Of a stretch of DNA of 64,000 nucleotides, positions 56,473 through 64,000 are shown one piece after another (positions within the stretch are counted from its first letter, which is position 1; each line of letters starts with the position of its first letter). The position numbers and the translations under genes were made by a program. The DNA comes from Paramecium tetraurelia. Taxonomy: Eukaryota. The notes beneath the pieces are model-generated. The model searched no databases and was not told the DNA's origin. It worked only from the letters and a program-made list of their open reading frames with translations. The stretch covers positions 434,001 to 498,000 of the forward strand of contig CT868208.1 in the NCBI GenBank assembly GCA_000165425.1. The letters are read 5' to 3'.

Positions 56473-57596
56473 TCATACGTGCAAATCCCTTCTAGTTGGG
56501 AATGGTTTTAGAAGCTTAAAGTTAACTTATGTTTCAGGTTTATTTTAAAGTATAGCTTCTATTTTTGCTTCAACCTCAGGTGTGATCAATTTTATAGCTT
56601 ATATTGACTTAATGGTTTCCTCTAATTACTCAACTCTAGAAGCTGATGTTAGGGCAGTGCTAACATCCTTATTTTTTAAAGCCCAAGCCAACGATAATTA
56701 GGCTTATGAAATATTCAGTTCTTTGGCTAACTCACCTAATTTTTTTAATTATGACTAAACTTTAGCGGCATCTTTTTATAGATAAAATATAATACATTCA
56801 GGATTTCCTAATGTTCTCTCATAAAAACCTTTCAAGTAAGGATTATCTGTATTTTTAAATCTACCATCTGCAAAAAGATCATCGTTATATTTTCCTGTCA
56901 AAATTCCTTAATATAATGGTGACCAAATGGTAGATCCATAACCTTAAGCAAAAACATTATTATAGCCCCATTCAAACTTATCTCTAACCAACATGTTGTA
57001 TTGCGGTTGTTCTGCAACAGGTTTGATTAGTTTCAATCTATCGCAAATACCTTGAATAATTTAAAGATATTACCGATTGCTTCTAAAATTTATTGAGCTG
57101 TCCATTCACTTGTTCCCCAATAATGAGCCCAACCATGTCTAACTACCCAATCAAAGGCTCTACAAACTTCTTCCAAAGGAGTTTGTGGATCATACCTATG
57201 TGCAAAGACAATGTCAACATATTCTAAGTCCAATCTCTTGAGTGAATTTCTGAGACCTACATAATGAAATTGAGTCGTACCTTCAATGATATGTTTTCTT
57301 GAAAGAAATCTGGAATTTGGAAAATCGTCTTAGGCTGTTCCAAAGTATATCTTTGTGCTGACTACGTAATCTTGTCTTTAAACATTGAGTGTCTTGAGAG
57401 CATTCCCTAATTGTATTTCCGCTTTTCCTTTTCCATATCCTTCTGCTGTATCAAAAAAGTTGATTCCCAACTCCCAAGCCTTCTATATAATTTTGATATT
57501 CCTCTCCAAAGTTTCGTTGTCGTCTGCATTTAACCAATTTCCAAATCCGATGGCAGACACTTTGAGTCCTGTTGATCCTAGTCTTCTGTATTCCAT
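56473..57596 (-). CDS. Aldo-keto reductase, Kv-channel beta-subunit-like
   Basis: [61 protein letters not shown]. Confidence 0.95.
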
Positions 57597-57716
57597 TATG
57601 ATATAAATATTTTCAATAAATTATTGTTTATGAAAGAGATTGCATTCTGAATTCTTAAATAAGAATAAAATGATATTATAAATAATACTTTACTAAGTGA
57701 AATTAATTAAATGTGT

Positions 57717-60700
57717 TCAATTTTCAGCAATTATAGCACACTTTATGATGTCAATGCATTTGTGTTCAGTCTCGAAGTGATTAAATATTGCTAAGGCCTA
57801 CATATAATTGCATAATTACATCCAAATATTAGGAGATCCCATTTAGTTCTTTTATTGAACTTATGAAAATGATGTCATCCAGGATGTCTTGAGCATCAGA
57901 TATCGTGTACTTGTAGAAGATATTCTATTTCACATGCTTACCAAGTTATTAGTACACGTAATTCGTCAAGTGTCCGACTATTGATTTTATCACACTTGAA
58001 TGATAGTAATCAAACATTTTTATTATTTAAGGATCTTAACTTATCAATCCCTAAATAATAGCCTTTACTTCAACAGCATCAAATTAATTCAATCCAATAA
58101 TCTCCTATACACACCTAAGGTACTGCTTATACAGCCATTTGCAATGATTCCCCTAAGAGAAGAAAAACAATCCCTTTAAGGGATGCTTGTTGTCTTCAAA
58201 CCAATTCTTTAAGCTGATTTCAGCTAAATCCATCATATTTTAAGCTTTTTAAATCTAATTTAAAAATTAATATGACTCACATTATATTAGATACATAACT
58301 GAAACAATAGGATGAACCATATGCTGTTTGATTGGTAATATTTTTAAATATCCATCAATCGCTTTTTGAGCACTTTATGAAATCCAATTATTTATTAACT
58401 TTTTGTTCAATCCAGATTTGCAGGCTTGAAAGACACTCAGTTAAAAATCCAATATCTTCAATTTGTAATCAATTTCAGTCACATCAGCCAAAATATTCAA
58501 TTTCAGAGAATAATACACCTATTGTTTCTTCTCTTCATTTTAAATTTTCTACTTGATATCTTCAATTTAATTTGCAGGATCATCAATAAGCTACTATATC
58601 AATGTCCAATCCTCAACAGACTACAGAAATTTAAAGTATTCAGCAAATATCATTTAAAGTTATGAAACATGTAATCTATTGTCTAATCCTAATTGCAATT
58701 AGAATAGCAGATTTATCTTAGGCAAGTTCTACTCTAAGTTGATTAGAATTCGAATGTGATTCAAAATGGCTTCATTCATGAAATCATTATTGAATAAATG
58801 AATGTAATCGGAATCCTCACTTTCATCTATTAAGTACTCATATTCCATTATTTTTAGCTGTTTTAGAGTTGAATTTATTGGGTATTCTCGGTGCTAAGAA
58901 TATTAATTAACAATACCAAGGCATCGTTCACAATCGAAACTATGATCTTTTCCTATTTAAGGAATGTATTAATATATTGAAGAACTTTGTGAGAGTATTT
59001 TAAGGCATTCTCGAAGTCAATCAAATTGATGTAATATTTGCATTAGAAATGAGCTAAAATAGCATAAATCAAAGTTCCCTCTCTGTAATCATTTAATTTA
59101 AGTCTATATGTTAAATAGGCTATTATAAATACATAAATTGTTGTTTTGGCTCCATCTGACCAGTCATCGAACTGACAACTTCCAAATAGCATTTATATAA
59201 ATCAAAATATCTAATTAAACTAGTTTGATTCTTTAATTGCGAAATAGATTCTGATACGATTTCCTAAATCAGGAAATAGTCCTGATTCATCAGGATATTG
59301 AATAATAAGTATTAGGAATGAAATTTAGGATCATCAAAATATTTAAAGTCGCTTGTGTATTCATACAAATATCTTTATGGGTATGGTATGTACTGATTTG
59401 AGTCTTTGTATAGACTCTCTATTATCTATAGATCTTGTTCGAAACCTGGATGGGTTCTATGGAAGATGAAGGCTTAGGACTCTAACAATCTCGAAGTAAA
59501 ACTATAAATCAAATCCACAATCTCTACTTATTATAAATAGAGAAAGGAGTGTAATAAGCCCAGAATTATTATAGATGGTTAGATTTCGTCTGTTATGCTA
59601 TCTTCTATCATCTGTATTGATTTTTTTAGACTAGTATGCTATTTAAGACTGCAATTCAAAAATTAACAAAATATTTAGTATTATTAATATTTAGGCAGGG
59701 AGGAATCTATCAAAAATTAACCTGCCTATTTATTATTTATTTGGGTGCATTTAAGTATTTAACAGTAGAATTTTGGTTTGGATAAGAATTTCTTTATTTA
59801 TTACACAGCATAGTTGGCAATCTCAGATTCTCCTTAATCTAGATTTTCTATATGTTTAGGGGAATAGGCAAAGCAAATAGATAAAAAGTAGAACATTTAC
59901 AGTTCCTCTAAACATTACTAGAAAAACCACGAGTCCTTCCTTATTTTAAATTGGTTATGATATTCTTGCAATAGTCTTACATAAGAGATTTTGTTTGAAA
60001 ATCTAATTGATTTAGTTTTAATCTATTTAGGTATGGAATGACTAATAGGTTAAGAGTTATCCAAATGCAAGAGTTATTAAATTAGTTTAATTTGAACTAG
60101 ACAATTATAGGAATCAAGTGTAATAGGTAATTTGAAATTAATTTTAGAGAGTAGAAACCTCCTATTTTCAAGTGTTCGTTGCAGATTAGAGAAGATGAAT
60201 ATCTATCTTTTAATGAATTCATCATCATTAGAATTAAATAGATGCAAATACTTATGGCTCGATATTTCTTACCATTTCATAATGCTGACACACAAATACT
60301 TTCCAATCTCACACTTCATTTCTTACTGTAAGTCTTGTTAAGGAATATCTTCTTTTCTTAACAATTTTAATTAATTTTGATAAAATTTAAATACTGGTTC
60401 ATATATACTATTTAGTTCCTAAAAGTCGTTGTAATAATATTAAAATTATTCATTTTTACTATCATAAAGATTTATCAAATATAAAAATTTCAAGTAAAGC
60501 ATCTAAGTACAATACAGCTGATCTCCATTAATCAAACAGCCGGTTCTTGTATCTGTGTTATCTAAAGCTATTTGTTCCTCTTCTACAGGTGAAGTTTATT
60601 CAAGATTGATTAATCCTGGACTGTGGTCAAGTGGAACATTTAAACATTAAGGGGCTGGTTCTCTTAATACTAACTTTTCTTAATTAGATATAACATCCAA

Positions 60701-63700
60701 GTATTGAATTCCTGCCATAATATAATTTTGATTGAAATAGTAATCGATTGCTTTAATGGTTTAAAATTAATTTAAATATCTTTGCAATTAGGTCTGATAT
60801 TGAACAATCACGAGAATATAGTCCTAGTTCTTTCTTAGTGTATTTATGAGATTCAACCTTTCAAATGAACTTATAGATGATTACTTTTCAGACGTTTATT
60901 TCAATTTCCTTTTCAATACTATACATTATTCAATTTCTGATAGATTCTCTAATTTCACATTCAAACTTAATTGTCTAAACATTACTCTGATTTATGCACT
61001 GCACCTTTTTAACCCATCAATCAATTAAGATATCTCATTTTCGAAATCTTTTCTGACTGCAAACAAAGCACAAATCTTAAAGTAATAAATTAGTAAAGTA
61101 TCCAAAACCTTTTTGATTTCATTCGATCTCAAAATGTAATGACTAAGGTTTTTAGAAAACGAATTTACAAAAAATGGTAACAATTCTTAGGTAGTTTCAT
61201 ATTGAGTGATTCTTAGGTATTCTTCTACTTCTTTTATTAGAATTAAGCATTTATCGAATTACTTGATTCTAAGGTGGAAATTGATTTGATGCTTCATATT
61301 TTCCATGTAGATTTGATAAGATTGCTCTTTTTAAGCATATGCTAATTAAAAGTCAATCTCCCAAAAAGATTTCTGATCCAACATCATGTCAAGAATTTGG
61401 ATCGGAGTTTTGTCAGCATGAATGATTTCGATTAAGAAGTATTTTAAGGGATGATCTAAATTCTACAACGCTTGCTCAAAATCTTCTATTGGCTATAGAT
61501 AGATCATTTCAATAACAACTTAAACTAATTGCCATACTTAATTGTTGTCCTAATTGACTGAATTCAAAATCATGTATTCATTTTGAATAAGTATATAATT
61601 GTAAATCGACAAATTCATTATATGATGTTTGGTCATTATCTTTAAATTAGCAAATATAAATTGTCTCAACTCATCCAATGTGTAATATAAGGCGTATTTC
61701 TTTCTGAATTACAATACTTAATATAAACTCTTACACTCTGAGCATTGATATAATGATATGCAATACCCTTTGATAAAAAAGTCGTCAATTTAATCAAGTA
61801 TATTCAATTATTTAATATAGTTCTAACTCTCCCCAAGATACACTCCCAATCCATCATTATGATATTGCTGAAATTGCAATTACTAACCATGTCTAACTTA
61901 AAAAAACTACATTAGATATTCTTTATCCTCCACGCTAACTATCCAAAGTATGTCATGCAAGTGTTTCTTCATTTTTATATTGGGAATCTAATTTATTTCA
62001 TCAAGAAAATATTGCATTGCATATTCTTCAACTTTTAAGGAATGCTGTTCAAATATATAAGTGTCCTTAGCTTTATCAATGACTTACTTATAAACTTCTG
62101 ATTTCAAAGACTCTAGATAATAGGTTTTTTAAATTGTTCTACTGCTTGTAGATGAGAATACAAATTGCTTTTTTTACCTAGATAAAATTATCAATTATAA
62201 TATACTCGTATTCTAATTTGTTGAATAAATCAATAAATTGAGTGAAATTGTATCTCTGAATGCATGAATACTAAACAATAGTTCCAAATTTCTTATGAAT
62301 GTCTGATTCAAATTGAATTTCCTCTAACTTTTTACTAGCCTCATAGTACTCTAACGCATATTAAATAGATTGCTTCCTTAGAGTTTATTTTCTAAATCCT
62401 CTAAAAAACAAACCTTTGTATCTAAATATTTATACTTTTCTACAGTTTAACCAAGATCTCTTCTCAATAAAGTTCTGATATTTATAAACTAATTCATTGT
62501 ATTCTTTGACTTCTTCAGATGTGAGAGTATTACCAAATTATTGAAATTGTTTTCTAAATTTGAGCATAGCCTAATTTCTATAGTATTCGTGTTGTTTGTC
62601 AAAACTCTTTTTCAAAATTAAATACCTCTTGTAATCCAAATTATGAAATAAATGGGATTTCCTTTAAATATAACTTTGAGCAATAAATAATCTATAATCG
62701 GTCCAAAACATATTATAATTAGAGAGAAGATTCAATCTAAAGAAAAATCTCCAAATTTTGGTTCTGACTTGAATGAGTTACTTTTCCCCCTTTGAAGAAG
62801 ATTGAATTCTAAAAGCCCAATGAATGGATCTATTTGAGTAGTATTTGAACAGGAAATCATAATTCAATTTCTAGACTTATTTTATTTTTTTCATGCTATC
62901 CTTTATTTTCGATTTCATATTTCTTCGAGTGTATGTCTCTTGTTTTACAAACTCATTGACAGGGACAATTATTTAGTTACTTGATTAGTCAAACGAATCT
63001 GCCTATATTTTCTTTTGAGTATTTTAATTGGTCGTAAGAAATTGCTGCTGCTATTACGACTTATTCTTAAGATTTAATTGATTCATCTTGAAATTAAACA
63101 TTTCTTCTTCATATACTAATCTCTTAGAAATTTATTTACTATTCTTAGTGTAATAGTCAGCAATTTCATCTTCAGAACTAATCGTTTCGAAACGTTCATA
63201 TTTACGATAGATAGATGATCCAAACACTTTAAAAAGTGGACATCTTTACAATTTGTATTTGTTATCTTGCTGGGACAATCTGTTTAATTTTGATTTGCTT
63301 TAAATATTGCTTTTAAATATATATTGGCTTCTTTTCACAATTTGATCCAATATGATAGGAGAATTACCGAATATGGAATTAGTAAGGTATTTAATAAAAA
63401 AGTTATAAAACAACAGTGCTAAAAATAGAATGATGACTTGATCTTTCATTGTTTCGTAATAATACATGCAAATCAACCCTGTATTACTTAGGAGTGTCAT
63501 ATAATTAATCAACTAAAAAAAGTCATCCCAAATCCCTAAAGAACCATCTCCTTTTGGCCAAGGTCTTTGAGAAATGTAGAGTAGTCGTAATTTAGATATC
63601 TACACTTGTAAGATAGTCCAAATCCAAAATAAGGTTACGCTAAATGGAAATAAACAACCGAATATATTTATTAAAGTTAATTACAAAAAAAAGTCCATGT

Positions 63701-64000
63701 GCTCATCTATGTTTCCATATTTTTCAACACTTTTTTAAAAAGGAATTCTTTGTTCTTAAATTTCAATAAAATCACACAAGCTTTGCTGGTTGTTTGGGTA
63801 TAACTTTTAAGGGTTCTTCACCATATCGTTTTGGAATGTCATTAGGAATTTAATCACTTACATCAAAAACATCAACATCATCGTAGTCCCAAAATAATAC
63901 TCAACATTATGTCTACAATTTTCTTCCTTGCAATACAACTGCAAAGGGGAATTCAGAAAACTAACCATCAACAATGGGACAACCTGAGAGGAACAATGTA
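57717..64000 (-). CDS. Giant anoctamin (TMEM16)-domain protein with long C-terminal extension; 5' end outside window
   Basis: 63300-64000 encodes LLYISQRPWPKGDGSLGIWDDFFQLINYMTLLSNTGLI, a late anoctamin TM motif. The frame continues through in-frame TAA and tiny introns to TGA at 57717 (sampled at several points, not every codon). Confidence 0.75.

Overview
AT-rich, very gene-dense eukaryotic DNA with the hallmarks of a ciliate macronuclear chromosome, most likely Paramecium. TAA and TAG read as Gln, TGA is the only stop, introns are tiny (about 21-30 nt, GT..AG) and intergenic spacers are short. The supplied standard-code ORF track is therefore fragmentary, and several of its ORFs are antisense shadows. 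Re-reading by hand in the ciliate code gives about 30 genes. These include RPL32, a cyclin, a NEK kinase, TMEM216, ankyrin and WD40 proteins, clathrin heavy chain, a cytochrome-b5-domain protein, a RAP-domain protein, CFAP70, an RluB/RsuA pseudouridine synthase, SRP54, importin-beta, a START protein, an ODF3-like protein, a Cache-like membrane protein, a Kv-beta/AKR and a giant anoctamin-domain protein. The most striking structure is a perfect 815-bp inverted duplication (19409-20223 / 24488-25302). Each arm carries a complete intron-containing orphan gene, and the arms bracket a 4.26-kb two-gene segment. Other points of interest are a GC-rich two-hairpin island between divergent genes (candidate ncRNA), an anoctamin fused to an apparent pseudokinase, a doubled ACGT motif before SRP54, an apparent frameshift in clathrin heavy chain and a decayed thioredoxin pseudogene. 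All gene models and family calls were made by eye, with no database searches.
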